Shown in pieces: positions 27,536 to 38,510 of a stretch of 64,000 bases of DNA. The translations under genes and the position numbers were made by a program. This DNA comes from Dehalococcoidia bacterium (GTDB lineage: Bacteria; Chloroflexota; Dehalococcoidia; Plut-88900). The notes under the pieces are model-generated. The model ran no database searches. It was not told the DNA's origin and was given only the letters and a program-made list of their open reading frames with translations. Location: positions 480,001 to 544,000 of the forward strand of contig OZ240219.1 in assembly GCA_965197645.1 (NCBI GenBank). The letters are read 5' to 3'. Position 1 is the first letter of the stretch. Each line of letters begins with the position of its first letter.

Positions 27536-28918
27536 ATGGAGAAGTACGATCTAGTAGTTGTTGGAGGCGGTCCAGGAGGTTACGTGGCCGCCATCCGCGC
27601 AGCGCAGCTCGGCCTGCGGGCCGCAGTCGTCGAAGAAGAGGAGGTCGGAGGCCTGTGCCTCAACTGGGGTTGCATACCCAGCAAGGCGCTCCTCCGCAAC
27701 GCAGAGGTCCTCCAGCTGGTACGGCGGGCCGGCGAGTTCGGGATCTCCTATGACAACCTCACCTTCGACTATTCCAAAGCCGTAGACAGGAGCCGCCAGG
27801 TGGTCCGCCGCATCGTCGGCGGGTTGAAGTCGCTGCTCAAGAAGAACAACGTCGAGGTCTACTCCGGCCGGGGCATAGTGACTTCCTCGGGCACGGTGGA
27901 GGTCGCGGGCTCGGGAGACACACTCCAGGCCGATAACATCGTCATCGCTACCGGAGGGGTAAACAAGGAACTGCCCTCCCTTCCCGTCGATGGCCGGAAG
28001 ATCATCTCGACGAGGGAGGCCCTGCAGCTCACCGATCTGCCCTCCCGAGTAGCCATCGTCGGCGGCGGCGCTGCCGGCGTCGAGTTCGCCTACCTGTGGG
28101 CTGCCTACGGCGTCCAGATAACGGTTATCGAGCTGCTGCCTCACCTGGTGCCCAACGAAGAGGAGGAGATCAGCCAGGTCCTGGAGAAGGCTTTCGACAA
28201 GCAGGGTATACGGGTCATGGCCGGCTCCCGAGTAGAGGATGCCGACTGGAGCAACGGCATCGGCACCCTCACCGTCTCCAACCAGGAAGGACAGGAGGAC
28301 GTCGAGTGTGACGCCGTGCTGGTGGCGGTGGGCATGAACGCCAACGTCGAAGGCCTGGGCACCGAATCCCTGGGTGTCGAGCTCAGCAACGGATTCATCA
28401 CGATCAACGAGACGATGCAGACCAACGTACCCGGCATCTACGCCGTGGGCGACGTCACCGGCCATTCTCTACTGGCCCACACCGCCTTCGCACAGGGCAC
28501 CATCGCCGCCGAGACTATAGCCGGACGGCCCACCGGGCAACTCTCCTACGAGAAGATCCCCCGCGCTACCTATTGCCAGCCCCAGGTCGCCAGCGTCGGA
28601 CTTACGGAGGCCCAGGCGCGAGAGGCCGGATACGACGTGAAGGTGGGGCGGTTCCCCTTCATGGCCAGCGGCAAGGCCGTCGCCATGGGCGAAAGGGAGG
28701 GGATGGTCAAGGTGGTGGCGGACTCCGAGTACGGCGAGCTTCTGGGCACCCACATGATAGGTCCCGACGTAACTGAGCTTCTGGGCGAGGTGGCCGTAGC
28801 CCAATCGCTGGATGCGACCATAGAGGACCTGGGCGGCGCCGTGCACCCCCACCCCACCCTATCGGAAGCGCTGAAGGAGGCGGCCCTGGCTGCCGGAGGG
28901 GAAGCGGTACATATCTAG
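27536..28918 (+). CDS. lpdA: dihydrolipoyl dehydrogenase (E3)
   Basis: GGGPGGY, GGLCLNWGCIPSK, HPHPTLSE; real start MEKYD at 27536. Confidence 0.96.
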   Translation: MEKYDLVVVGGGPGGYVAAIRAAQLGLRAAVVEEEEVGGLCLNWGCIPSKALLRNAEVLQLVRRAGEFGISYDNLTFDYSKAVDRSRQVVRRIVGGLKSLLKKNNVEVYSGRGIVTSSGTVEVAGSGDTLQADNIVIATGGVNKELPSLPVDGRKIISTREALQLTDLPSRVAIVGGGAAGVEFAYLWAAYGVQITVIELLPHLVPNEEEEISQVLEKAFDKQGIRVMAGSRVEDADWSNGIGTLTVSNQEGQEDVECDAVLVAVGMNANVEGLGTESLGVELSNGFITINETMQTNVPGIYAVGDVTGHSLLAHTAFAQGTIAAETIAGRPTGQLSYEKIPRATYCQPQVASVGLTEAQAREAGYDVKVGRFPFMASGKAVAMGEREGMVKVVADSEYGELLGTHMIGPDVTELLGEVAVAQSLDATIEDLGGAVHPHPTLSEALKEAALAAGGEAVHI

Positions 28919-29008
28919 CACTAACTCATTTTTTCTAGCCTTTCGAGGAACCCGGGACGGAGACCATACCCCGGCGACCCGACGGCCGTCACGAAACAGG
29001 ACAACCAA

Positions 29009-29998
29009 ATGAAAGCAGTCACAGAACCAGCCATCGATAAAGAGAAATTTCTGGACCTTCTTCGCACCATGCTCCTCATACGCAGGTTCGAAGAGAAGTC
29101 CGCCGAGATGTACATGCGAGGCAAAATCGGCGGGTTTCTGCACCTGTACATCGGTGAGGAGGCCATAGCAACCGGCGTCATGGCTACTCTGCAGCCCCAG
29201 GACTACATCGTCAGCCACTACCGGGAGCACGGGCACGCCTTGGCTCGCGGCGTAGAGCCGGACCGGATAATGGCCGAGCTCTTCGGCAGGTCCACCGGTA
29301 CCAGCAAGGGCAAGGGCGGCTCCATGCACCTGTTCGACGCCTCTCGGGGCTTCCTCGGCGGCTACGCCATAGTGGGCGGCATGATGCCGGTCGCCACGGG
29401 CTTGGGCCTCGCCTCCCAGATGCGGAAAGAGGACCGGGTGGTCATGTGCTTCTTCGGCGAAGGGGCCGTCAACGAGGGGGAGTTCCACGAGTCCCTCAAC
29501 CTGGCGGCCCTTTGGGACCTGCCCGTCGTCTTCTTCTGCGAGAACAACGGCTACGGCATGGGCACACCCGTAGACAAGACCTTCTCGGGGAGCGACATAT
29601 CCCGGCTGGCCGAGCGCTACGATATGTTCTGCAGCGACAAGGTGGACGGTATGGACGTCTTCGACGTGATCCGCACCACCCAGACCGCTGTTGATAGGGC
29701 CCGCAACGGCGAAGGGCCCTCCTTCATCGAGGCCATCACCTACCGGTTCCGGGGTCACTCCATGGCCGACCCCCTGGAGTATCGAAACAAGTCGGAGGAA
29801 GCTTATTGGCGGGAGAAGGACCCCATAATTACATTTCGCGCCTGGCTGGAGTCTCAGGGCCTCGTCACCGGGGATGAGCTGGAAGCCATGGAGTGGGAAG
29901 TGGACGAGGTGGTGGAGGAATCGGTGCGCTTCGCCGACGAAAGCCCCGTACTGCCCGAAGAGGCGGTCTTCGAAGATATCTACGCAACAGAGGCCTAG
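29009..29998 (+). CDS. pdhA: pyruvate dehydrogenase E1 alpha
   Basis: IGGFLHLYIGEEA, GKGGSMH, GEGA..EGEFHE..ENN, YRFRGHSMADP. Confidence 0.93.
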   Translation: MKAVTEPAIDKEKFLDLLRTMLLIRRFEEKSAEMYMRGKIGGFLHLYIGEEAIATGVMATLQPQDYIVSHYREHGHALARGVEPDRIMAELFGRSTGTSKGKGGSMHLFDASRGFLGGYAIVGGMMPVATGLGLASQMRKEDRVVMCFFGEGAVNEGEFHESLNLAALWDLPVVFFCENNGYGMGTPVDKTFSGSDISRLAERYDMFCSDKVDGMDVFDVIRTTQTAVDRARNGEGPSFIEAITYRFRGHSMADPLEYRNKSEEAYWREKDPIITFRAWLESQGLVTGDELEAMEWEVDEVVEESVRFADESPVLPEEAVFEDIYATEA

Positions 29999-30000
29999 CC

Positions 30001-30972
30001 ATGACGGAAATCACCTACAGAGCGGCAATCAGCCAGTCTCTACAAGAGGCCCTTCGGCAGGACGATAGAGTATTCATGCTGGGCGAGGACATCGGCGGCT
30101 ACGGTGGGGCCTACGCGGTCACCAAGGGCCTCCTGGAGGAGTTCGGGCCCGAACGGATCAAGGACACGCCCATCTCCGAATCAGCGATAGTGGGAGCTGG
30201 GATAGGGGCGGCGATGGGCGGCATGCGGCCCATAGTCGAGATTATGAGCATCAACTTCGCCCTTCTGGCCATGGACCAGATCGTCAACGCCGCCGCCAAG
30301 CTGCGGTACATGTCGGGCGGACAGCTGACGGTGCCCCTGGTCATCAGGACCGTGAGCGGCGGAGGCAACCAGCTGGCCGCTTCTCACTCCCAGAGCCTGG
30401 AGGGATGGTTCGCCCACGTTCCGGGCTTGAGGGTAGTGGCCCCTTCGGATCCCTACGACGCTCGCGGCCTGTTCCAGTCGGCACTTGCCGACCCGAACCC
30501 GGTGATATATGTCGAGCACTCCCTGCTCTACACCCTGAAGGGAGAGGTGCCCGAGGAGGACTACACCGTCCCCATCGGACTGGCCGACGTCAAGCGAAAG
30601 GGCAGCGACGTAACTATAGTCGGCTACTCCCGTATGTTCCAGGTGGCCTTGAACGCCGCCGAGACCCTGGCCGGCGAGGGAATAGACGCCGAGGTGATAG
30701 ACCTGCGCAGCCTTCGGCCCCTCGACACCGGCACAGTAATCGAATCGATAAAGAAGACCAACCGGGCGGTGGTGGTGGAAGAGGGGTGGAGGTCGATGGG
30801 GATCGGCGCTGAGGTCGTTGCCAGCGTACAGGAAGAGGCCCTGGAGTATCTGGACGGGCCTATCCAGCGAGTATCCGGCGCGGACGCTCCAACACCCTAC
30901 TCCCGGCCCCTGGAGCTGGCCACCATCCCCAACGAGACCAAGATCATCGACGCCGTCCACCGGCTCTTCTAG
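30001..30972 (+). CDS. pdhB: pyruvate dehydrogenase E1 beta
   Basis: GEDIG, DTPISE, HSQSLE, IDLRSLRPLD. Confidence 0.93.
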   Translation: MTEITYRAAISQSLQEALRQDDRVFMLGEDIGGYGGAYAVTKGLLEEFGPERIKDTPISESAIVGAGIGAAMGGMRPIVEIMSINFALLAMDQIVNAAAKLRYMSGGQLTVPLVIRTVSGGGNQLAASHSQSLEGWFAHVPGLRVVAPSDPYDARGLFQSALADPNPVIYVEHSLLYTLKGEVPEEDYTVPIGLADVKRKGSDVTIVGYSRMFQVALNAAETLAGEGIDAEVIDLRSLRPLDTGTVIESIKKTNRAVVVEEGWRSMGIGAEVVASVQEEALEYLDGPIQRVSGADAPTPYSRPLELATIPNETKIIDAVHRLF

Positions 30973-31095
30973 GGTCACGGGTGATGCCGTCGGCGTTTCA
31001 CTGCCGAGCGTTCCGATGTATTCTCTCGACAATCTACTAACGTCATCCTCTCCACCGGCAAGGGAGAGACGGAGCAACGAGGTGAGGGTTAACGC

Positions 31096-32340
31096 ATGCC
31101 TACTGAAGTGATAATGCCCCAGATGGGCTTCGACATGGTCGAGGGCACCGTGATACGTTGGCTCAAAGCCGAAGGCGACGAGGTAGCCCGGGGTGAGCCC
31201 ATCGTCGAGATCGAGACCGACAAGGCCACCGTCGAGGTTGAGGCCTTCGCATCGGGTGTCCTGCGCAAGATAGCGGCGGAAGAGGGCAGCACCGTTCCCG
31301 TCGGCCAGATTATCGGGATCATCGCCTCGGTGGGCGAAGATATACCCGAGGTCGAGACCCCCGTCACCGTACCCTCAACCATCGACAAACCGACCGTGGT
31401 CAAAGCCCCGTCCGAACCAGCGGGTGACAAAGAGGCCCCGGCCGTGGACGCTCCAGCCGAGGCTGAGGCTAAAGAGGACAGAGTGCTGGCATCCCCCATC
31501 GCACGGCGCCTCGCAGAGGAGAAGGGGATAGACTTGGCCCTGGTATCGGGCACCGGTCCCCGGGGAAGAATCACCAAAGAGGACATCCTCGCCTTCGAAA
31601 GTGCTCCTGAGGCCGCTCCAACGGCGCCTCCCCCAACCGCGCCGGCGCCGTCCGGCGAGGTCCAGAACATAGAGCTTTCCAGGATGCGCAAGACCATCGC
31701 CCGGCGCATGACCCAGAGCAAGCAGGAGATGCCTCATTTCTACGTCACCTCCAGCATCGATATGGGCCGTGCAGTGGCCATGCGCCAGGAGCTCATCGAG
31801 CTGTGGGAGGGGGACGTGCGGGTCACCGTCAACGATCTCATCGTCAAAGCCACCGCCCTGGCTCTTCAAAGGCACCCCAACCACAATGCCTACTACGATG
31901 ATGGGGTGATCAAGCAGAACTCGGTGATCAACGTGGGTATCGCCGTGGCCCTGGACGATGGTCTGATCGCCCCTGCTATCCTCGATTGTGGAAACAAGAG
32001 CCTGAAGGAGATAGCCCTGGCGAGCCGCGACCTGGTCAGCCGCGCCAAGGGCGGGGTGCTCAAGCCGGAAGAGTACACCAGCGCCACCATAGCCGTGAGC
32101 AACCTGGGCATGTTCGACGTCGATAGCTTTATCGCCATCATCAACCCGATGCAGTGTGCCAGCGTAGCCGTGGGCAGCGTTCAGGAGCAGGCCGTGGTGC
32201 TAGATGGCGAGATCGTCGTCGCAAACATCATGCAAGCGACCATTTCCGCCGACCACCGGGTGGTCAACGGCGCCGAGACCGCCCAGTTCCTCAACGAGAT
32301 CAAGGGCTTCCTCGAGCGTCCCTCCAGCCTCCTGGCCTAG
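31096..32340 (+). CDS. pdhC: dihydrolipoamide acetyltransferase (E2)
   Basis: lipoyl ETDKA, ASPIARRLA..GTGPRGRITKED, DHRVVNGA. Confidence 0.93.
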   Translation: MPTEVIMPQMGFDMVEGTVIRWLKAEGDEVARGEPIVEIETDKATVEVEAFASGVLRKIAAEEGSTVPVGQIIGIIASVGEDIPEVETPVTVPSTIDKPTVVKAPSEPAGDKEAPAVDAPAEAEAKEDRVLASPIARRLAEEKGIDLALVSGTGPRGRITKEDILAFESAPEAAPTAPPPTAPAPSGEVQNIELSRMRKTIARRMTQSKQEMPHFYVTSSIDMGRAVAMRQELIELWEGDVRVTVNDLIVKATALALQRHPNHNAYYDDGVIKQNSVINVGIAVALDDGLIAPAILDCGNKSLKEIALASRDLVSRAKGGVLKPEEYTSATIAVSNLGMFDVDSFIAIINPMQCASVAVGSVQEQAVVLDGEIVVANIMQATISADHRVVNGAETAQFLNEIKGFLERPSSLLA

Positions 32341-32466
32341 ACATCCTGCAGACCCTCTGCCAGAGGCAGGGCGAGGCCCTGCACCCACAACATGAGAGAA
32401 GATAGGGCTGGCCTATATCAAAGGGGCAACGGGTCCGGATAGGGTGTTGACAGGCCGATGGAACTC

Positions 32467-32575
32467 GGGGTGTGCAGAGGGGCGAAGCCCCTTTGCCGGG
32501 AGCCTGAGGGTGTCCCTCAGAACTTAACCCTTACTCTTTCCCCTTCCTGGTCAGGGAGGGGACTAAGGGAATGGT
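32467..32575 (+). repeat. REP/MITE-like hairpin repeat, family B copy
   Basis: inverted copy of 7167-7295. Confidence 0.75.
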
Positions 32576-32680
32576 CGCGAAAGGAGATGCTCGCATGCCT
32601 CCACAAACCCTTGATGCCCTTCACCCTCCGTGCTACAGTAACACCCGCTCAATCCAGTCCGTGGTCAACGAGGTGTATTC

Positions 32681-33787
32681 ATGCAGACCAGCATCGCTCC
32701 GGTCATAACCGTCCGGGGAGACCCCTTCAGCAGAGGCCGCCAGCTGGGGGAACAGGCCGGCGAGCAGGTTCGTCGCGGCATCAACTTCTACCTCGATCTC
32801 TGGCAGGACAACAAGGGGATGTCCCGGGACTACGTTCTGGGTCAGGCTGCCGAGTTCGCCGCCATCATCCAGGACTACGATCCCGATATCTTAGACGAGC
32901 TGAAGGGCATCTCCCAAGGCGCAGGCTGCTCCCTGGACGAGCTGATAGCCCTCAACGCTAGGTACGAGTTCATCTGGGCCGAGATGCAGGACCCCGAAAA
33001 GCGGCCCGGCGAATGCACCGCTTTCGGCATACAGCCCCGCAAGGCGACCGGTGGACACACCCTCATAGCGCAGAACTGGGACTACCTCTCAGCGGTCGAT
33101 GAGAACTGCGTCATCACCGAGATCTATCAGGACGATAAGCCCAACGTTGTTTTTCACGGCGAGGCGGGTATCATCGGTCAGAAGGGGATGAACTCGGCCG
33201 GGTTGGGCCTGTGCGTCAACGCCCTCATCTCGGAGCACGATGGATTCCGGCCCGCCGTCCCCTTCTTCACCATCGCCAGGGCAGTGCTGAACTCGTCGAC
33301 CATCGACGAGGCGCAAGCCGCGGTAGCCAGGGCCCAAAAGTCCGTCTCCGGCAACATGCTCATCGGCAGCGATTCCGGAGATATGGTCGACCTGGAGTTG
33401 ACTCCCGTGGACGTGGCTTCCATCGACCCGGACGACGACGGCCTCACCCACGCCAACAACTTCCAGGCCCTTGGCGCCGATAGGGACGTCACCGACAAGT
33501 GGGACCGGCTGATTCCAGAGATGAAGGCCCGTCCGGCCCGCGCCCGGACACTGCTGAGCGACAGCGGCGCAGCCCTGGAGGCCGACTCCCTAAAGACCTT
33601 CCTGAGTGACCACGAGACGGGGCCCCACTCCATCTGCGCCCACGATAGGGCCTCGGACCCGGACCACGTCCGCAGCAAGACCCTGGCATCGGTGATCTTC
33701 GATCTGGATGAACGCTCGATGCTCATCGCCGAAGGGCCGCCATGCAGCAATCCGTACCGCCACTACACCTTCGATAGCCTGTCATGA
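32681..33787 (+). CDS. peptidase C45 / isopenicillin-N acyltransferase-like Ntn hydrolase
   Basis: LNARYE, GECT autocleavage Cys, AQNWD, GMNSAG, THANNF. Confidence 0.88.
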   Translation: MQTSIAPVITVRGDPFSRGRQLGEQAGEQVRRGINFYLDLWQDNKGMSRDYVLGQAAEFAAIIQDYDPDILDELKGISQGAGCSLDELIALNARYEFIWAEMQDPEKRPGECTAFGIQPRKATGGHTLIAQNWDYLSAVDENCVITEIYQDDKPNVVFHGEAGIIGQKGMNSAGLGLCVNALISEHDGFRPAVPFFTIARAVLNSSTIDEAQAAVARAQKSVSGNMLIGSDSGDMVDLELTPVDVASIDPDDDGLTHANNFQALGADRDVTDKWDRLIPEMKARPARARTLLSDSGAALEADSLKTFLSDHETGPHSICAHDRASDPDHVRSKTLASVIFDLDERSMLIAEGPPCSNPYRHYTFDSLS

Positions 33788-35589
33788 TAGATCCCGTCAC
33801 CCTGGAGGTCATCCGCAACCGGCTCAAGTCCATCGCCGACGAGATGGAGATGACCCTCCTCAAGAGCTCCTACTCCAGCATCATCAAGGAGGGCCTGGAC
33901 GCCTCAACCGCTATCTTCGACACCAAAGGCGAGACCATAGCGCAGGGCAACTCCATCCCCATCCACCTCGGCAGCCTGGTACCCGCCACGCGGGCCATCC
34001 TGGATGAGTTCCCGCCTGCCGTCATGAAAGACGGCGACGCCTATATCCTCAACAACCCCTACCAGGGCGGCACTCACCTGCCGGACGTAACCATCATTGT
34101 CCCGGTGTTCCATGAGGGCGAACCCGTGGCCATGGGATGCACCATCGCCCACCATCAGGACCTGGGGGGCAAGACCCCGGGCAGTGTGCCCCCCGATGCC
34201 ACCGAGATCTTCCAGGAGGGCCTCATACTCCCTCCTCTCAAGCTCTACGACGCCGGCGAGCCCAACCATACCCTCCACCAGATTATTAGAAACAACGTCC
34301 GCATACCGGACATAGTCATCGGAGATATGCGCGCCCAGCTTGCGGCGGGACACGTGGCCAAGACCAGGGTTGCCGCCGTCTGCGATGAGTACGGCCGGGA
34401 GACGGTCATCGAGGCGATGAACGCCCTCCTGGACCATGCCGAAGCGGTGACCCGCAAAGAGCTGGAACGAGTACCCGACGGCATTTACGCCTTCGCCGAC
34501 TACATCGATAACGATGGAATCGAGATGGACCTGAGGCGCAAGATCCAGGTACAGATCACCGTCAAAGGTTCAGACATCACCTTCGATTTCACCGGCTCCA
34601 GCCCGCAGGTGAAGGGTCCCTTCAACTCGCCTCCGGCCTCGACTATATCCACCGCCTACTACACCGTCCGAGCTGTGACGGGCTCCTCCATCCCCAACAA
34701 CTCGGGGTGTTTCCGGCCGATAAAGGTGATCCTCCCGGAGTCCAGCATCGTCAATCCCAGTCCTCCCGCTCCCGTCAACTCCAGGACAGCGACGGTCAAG
34801 CGCATTACGGACGTGCTCCTGGGCGCCATGGTACAGGCGGTGCCCGATAGGCTTTCGGCGGCCTCCAGCGGGCAGCTTCTCGTCATGGCCCTGGGCGGCA
34901 TCGACCCCCTGACCAAACGGGCCTACGTAACCAGCGAGCTGGGGGCGGGGGGCATGGGTGCTCGGCCTACCGCCGACGGCATCGACGCCGTCGAGACCGA
35001 TGTCTCCAACTGCATGAACATTCCCGCCGAGGCCATCGAGATGGACCATCCCATCCGCATCATCAAAAGCAAACTTTGGAACGGTTCGGGCGGGGCCGGC
35101 AAGTTCCGCGGCGGGCTCGGCTTGGAGAAGGTCTTCGAGGTTGCGCGGGGAGAGGCGACCGTCACCTATCGAGGGGAGCGACACACCCTTCCGCCATGGG
35201 GCGTTTTCGGGGGGCATCCGGGCAACCAGGGAATGGCCCGGATCCACCGGCGTTCCGGCGAGATAGAAGAGGTGCCGGCCAAAGCCACACTGCGGCTGGG
35301 CGAGGGCGACCAGCTCCGCGCGTTTACCGCCGGTGGCGCCGGCTACGGCGACCCCCTGGAACGAGACTCCGACCGCGTGCTTGAGGACCTCCTCGACAGC
35401 AGGGTCTCACCCGAATCGGCCCTGGAGGACTATGGGGTCGTAATAGACCTCAAGACCAAGACCGTCGATGAAGACAAGACAAGTAGCACCCGCCAATCTC
35501 GTCGTGAGTCCCGCGGCGAAGTTACCTGGACATACAACCTGGGACCGGAGCTGGGCCTGGCCCGGTCTGAGACCTTCCAACGTGGCTGA
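33784..35589 (+). CDS. hydantoinase B / oxoprolinase family subunit
   Basis: DPVTLEV, NNPYQGGTHLPD, HHQDLGG, EIFQEG, GGAGYGDP. Confidence 0.93.
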   Translation: MIDPVTLEVIRNRLKSIADEMEMTLLKSSYSSIIKEGLDASTAIFDTKGETIAQGNSIPIHLGSLVPATRAILDEFPPAVMKDGDAYILNNPYQGGTHLPDVTIIVPVFHEGEPVAMGCTIAHHQDLGGKTPGSVPPDATEIFQEGLILPPLKLYDAGEPNHTLHQIIRNNVRIPDIVIGDMRAQLAAGHVAKTRVAAVCDEYGRETVIEAMNALLDHAEAVTRKELERVPDGIYAFADYIDNDGIEMDLRRKIQVQITVKGSDITFDFTGSSPQVKGPFNSPPASTISTAYYTVRAVTGSSIPNNSGCFRPIKVILPESSIVNPSPPAPVNSRTATVKRITDVLLGAMVQAVPDRLSAASSGQLLVMALGGIDPLTKRAYVTSELGAGGMGARPTADGIDAVETDVSNCMNIPAEAIEMDHPIRIIKSKLWNGSGGAGKFRGGLGLEKVFEVARGEATVTYRGERHTLPPWGVFGGHPGNQGMARIHRRSGEIEEVPAKATLRLGEGDQLRAFTAGGAGYGDPLERDSDRVLEDLLDSRVSPESALEDYGVVIDLKTKTVDEDKTSSTRQSRRESRGEVTWTYNLGPELGLARSETFQRG

Positions 35590-35592
35590 TCG

Positions 35593-37668
35593 ATGTCCAT
35601 CTCAATAGGTGTCGACATAGGAGGGACCTTCACCGATGTAGTCTCCGTCGACGCGGCCTCGAGCCGGCTGCTGCACACCAAGGTCAGCTCCACACCTCCC
35701 GATCTGGTCAGAGGTTTCATCCACGGCATTGACCAGGCGCTGGACCTAACCTCCGCACCCTACGGCGAGGTCTCCCGCATTGTTCACGGCACCACGGTGG
35801 GCACCAACGCCATCCTGGAGGCCAAGGGAGCGCCCATCGGGATCCTGGTGACTGATGGATTTGAAGACGTTCTCACCATCGGCCGCCAGAAGCGCTCCGA
35901 CATGTACGATGTCTTCATCACCGCCGAGACTCCCATCTTCCTGACCCCTCGAAGGCGCATCTTCGGCATCCAGGAGCGGCTCTACCACGATGGGACTATA
36001 GACGTTGCGCTGAACGAGGAACAGGTTGCGCAGGCGGTCAAGACCCTGGTCGATGAGCACGATGTGCAGGCCATCGCCGTCTGCTACCTCTTCTCCTTCG
36101 CTAACCCCCAGCACGAGCAACGGACCCGCGATTTGATACTGGAAGAGCACCCGGACCTGAGGGTCTCTCTTTCCTCGGACCTGGACCCCCGATTTCGGGA
36201 GTACGAGCGGCTCTGCCTCACCGCCTTTGACGCCTATCTGCGACCGGTGATGGAACGGTACCTTGGGCAGGTGCAGACCCAGCTTGCCGAACGCGGCGCC
36301 GATACCCGGTTTCACGTAATGCACTCCCGTGGAGGCGTCACCAGCGACGAGGCCATCCTTAGCAACACCGTATCCACCGTCCTATCCGGCCCGGCGGCGG
36401 GAGTGGTGGGAGGCATACACGCCGCCCGCCTATCGGGCATCGAGGACTCCATCACCCTGGACATGGGCGGCACCAGCTGCGACGTCGCCCTGGTGGAGAA
36501 GGGCAAGCCCATCCTTTCCAGCGAGGGCAAGATCGCCAAGTACCCCCTCCGGCAGCCGATGCTGGACATCAACACCATCGGCGCGGGTGGAGGCAGCATA
36601 GCCTGGCTGGATGCCGGGGGCGCCCTGAGAGTAGGGCCTAGAAGCGCCGGTGCCGTTCCGGGGCCTGCATGCTACGATGCGGGCGGACAGGAGCCCACCG
36701 TCACCGATGCCAGCCTCGTACTGGGCTATCTCAATCCCGACTATTTCGCCGGCGGCGCCAGGACTCTTTCCAGACCCCTGGCCGAGAGAGCCATAGAGAG
36801 GACCATCGCCGGCCCCCTTGGCATGTCTGTCCCCGAGGCGGCTCAGGGCATACACACTATCGTCAACAGCAACATGGCCGACGAGGTCAGGTTGGTCTCC
36901 GTCAACCGGGGCTACGATCCTCGAAACTTCGCCCTGGTGCCGGTGGGCGGCGCCGGCCCGGTCCACGCTGGACGGCTGGCCCTGCAGACCCACATCACCA
37001 AGGTGCTGGTGCCGCGAAACCCGGGCGTCCAGTCCGCCTTCGGACTGCTGGTTGCCAACCTGGAGCATGAGCGGGCCAGGACGTTTCGCACCAAGGCCAC
37101 CGAGGTAAATTCCGACGACCTCGCCCGCGCCTTCCGGGAGCTGGAGCAGGTGTGCCAGGCCCAGATGGACCGAGACAAGTTGGAGCATGAGCCAGTATCC
37201 ACCCGCCGTTCTATGGAGTTTCGATACATCGGCCAGTCCTACGAGCTGGAGATCCCCTTCACTGCCGGACAGATAGACGCCGAGTCCGTTGTTTCGGCCA
37301 TCGGCTCCTTTCACGAGCTCCACGAGCGGGTATACGGGCACAGAGACGCGGATGACCTGGTGGAGATCGTAACCCTCCGGGTCATCCTCTCCCAGTCGCC
37401 GCCTGCCATGGTGGAGGTGGATAAGACGGGAGAAGCCCAGTCCGTCGCCGCAGACCCCGTCTCAGCCCGAAAAGGGGTCCGGTCCGCCTACTTCACCGAG
37501 TCCAACGGCTACGTCGACACACCTATATACAGTCGGGAGGCGTTGAAGCCGGGCATGGCGTTCGAAGGCCCCGCCATAATCGAGCAGGAAGACACCACCA
37601 CCGTGGTGTATCCGGGGCACGTTGCTCGAGTAGACCATAACGACAACATCGTTGTCGAAATCGAATGA
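35593..37668 (+). CDS. hydantoinase A / oxoprolinase family subunit
   Basis: GVDIGGTFTD, HGTTVGTN, SGPAAG, DMGGTSCD, GAGGGSIA, PGPACY. Confidence 0.93.
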   Translation: MSISIGVDIGGTFTDVVSVDAASSRLLHTKVSSTPPDLVRGFIHGIDQALDLTSAPYGEVSRIVHGTTVGTNAILEAKGAPIGILVTDGFEDVLTIGRQKRSDMYDVFITAETPIFLTPRRRIFGIQERLYHDGTIDVALNEEQVAQAVKTLVDEHDVQAIAVCYLFSFANPQHEQRTRDLILEEHPDLRVSLSSDLDPRFREYERLCLTAFDAYLRPVMERYLGQVQTQLAERGADTRFHVMHSRGGVTSDEAILSNTVSTVLSGPAAGVVGGIHAARLSGIEDSITLDMGGTSCDVALVEKGKPILSSEGKIAKYPLRQPMLDINTIGAGGGSIAWLDAGGALRVGPRSAGAVPGPACYDAGGQEPTVTDASLVLGYLNPDYFAGGARTLSRPLAERAIERTIAGPLGMSVPEAAQGIHTIVNSNMADEVRLVSVNRGYDPRNFALVPVGGAGPVHAGRLALQTHITKVLVPRNPGVQSAFGLLVANLEHERARTFRTKATEVNSDDLARAFRELEQVCQAQMDRDKLEHEPVSTRRSMEFRYIGQSYELEIPFTAGQIDAESVVSAIGSFHELHERVYGHRDADDLVEIVTLRVILSQSPPAMVEVDKTGEAQSVAADPVSARKGVRSAYFTESNGYVDTPIYSREALKPGMAFEGPAIIEQEDTTTVVYPGHVARVDHNDNIVVEIE

Positions 37669-37713
37669 TCCGGCTCCGCTGATCTCCTGAGGTCGGATGC
37701 CGGCCACCTGAAT

Positions 37714-38484
37714 ATGTTAACCACTCCGGCCCAGCTGCAGCACATCTACCTCGATGGCCGTCACTATGACGAGGCCTACAGGGAGTTCGCGGAAGACGTT
37801 CCCTTCTGGCTGGCTCAGGCCGACAGATACGGCGGACCGATTCTCGAGCTGGCCTGCGGTACGGGACGCATCGCACTGCCCCTGGCCAGGCGTGGATTCG
37901 AGGTGGTTGGCATCGACCTTGCCGGCTCAATGCTGGACCAGGCGTGCAGGATGTCTTCCAAGGAGAACCTCTCGATACAGTGGGTCAGGGCCGACATGAG
38001 GGACTTCCGCCTGGATAGGCGATTCAACCAGGTCATAGTACCCTCTCAAAGCATCTCTCGGCTCCTGGCTAGGCCGGACATGGAGCGGTGCCTCTCGTGC
38101 GTCAAAGCGCATCTCGATCCGCGCGGCAGGTTCATCATAGAGCTGTACAACCCTTCGCTTGAGCTCCTGAGCCAGGACGAAAATGAGAGTTACCCGTTTC
38201 TGGAGTACCCTCACCCCAGCGGCGAGGGCACTGTTACTGTCACCTACAGCGGCGCCTACGATAGGGCGACCCAGGTGCAGCACCTCACCCTGCATTACTC
38301 TCTGCCCGGCTCCAGTGAACCTGTAATCGAGCAGCTCAGCATGCGTATGTACTTCCCCCAGGAGATGGAAGAGCTGCTCAGCTACAACGGGTTTGACGTT
38401 GAGGCCAAGTTCGGAGATTATGATGCCAAGCCCTTCGATGCTGACGATCAGCTGCAGATTCTCGTCTGCCGTAGGGCCGATTAG
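37714..38484 (+). CDS. class I SAM-dependent methyltransferase
   Basis: LELACGTGR, GIDL, ADMRDF. Confidence 0.9.
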   Translation: MLTTPAQLQHIYLDGRHYDEAYREFAEDVPFWLAQADRYGGPILELACGTGRIALPLARRGFEVVGIDLAGSMLDQACRMSSKENLSIQWVRADMRDFRLDRRFNQVIVPSQSISRLLARPDMERCLSCVKAHLDPRGRFIIELYNPSLELLSQDENESYPFLEYPHPSGEGTVTVTYSGAYDRATQVQHLTLHYSLPGSSEPVIEQLSMRMYFPQEMEELLSYNGFDVEAKFGDYDAKPFDADDQLQILVCRRAD

Positions 38485-38510
38485 CGCTCACAGCTAGAAA
38501 CGAGGCCAAA

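Noticed and set aside
32251-32274. E2 motif DHRVVNG instead of DHRxxDG
   Set aside because: Asn at this position occurs in active E2 enzymes such as Azotobacter E2p
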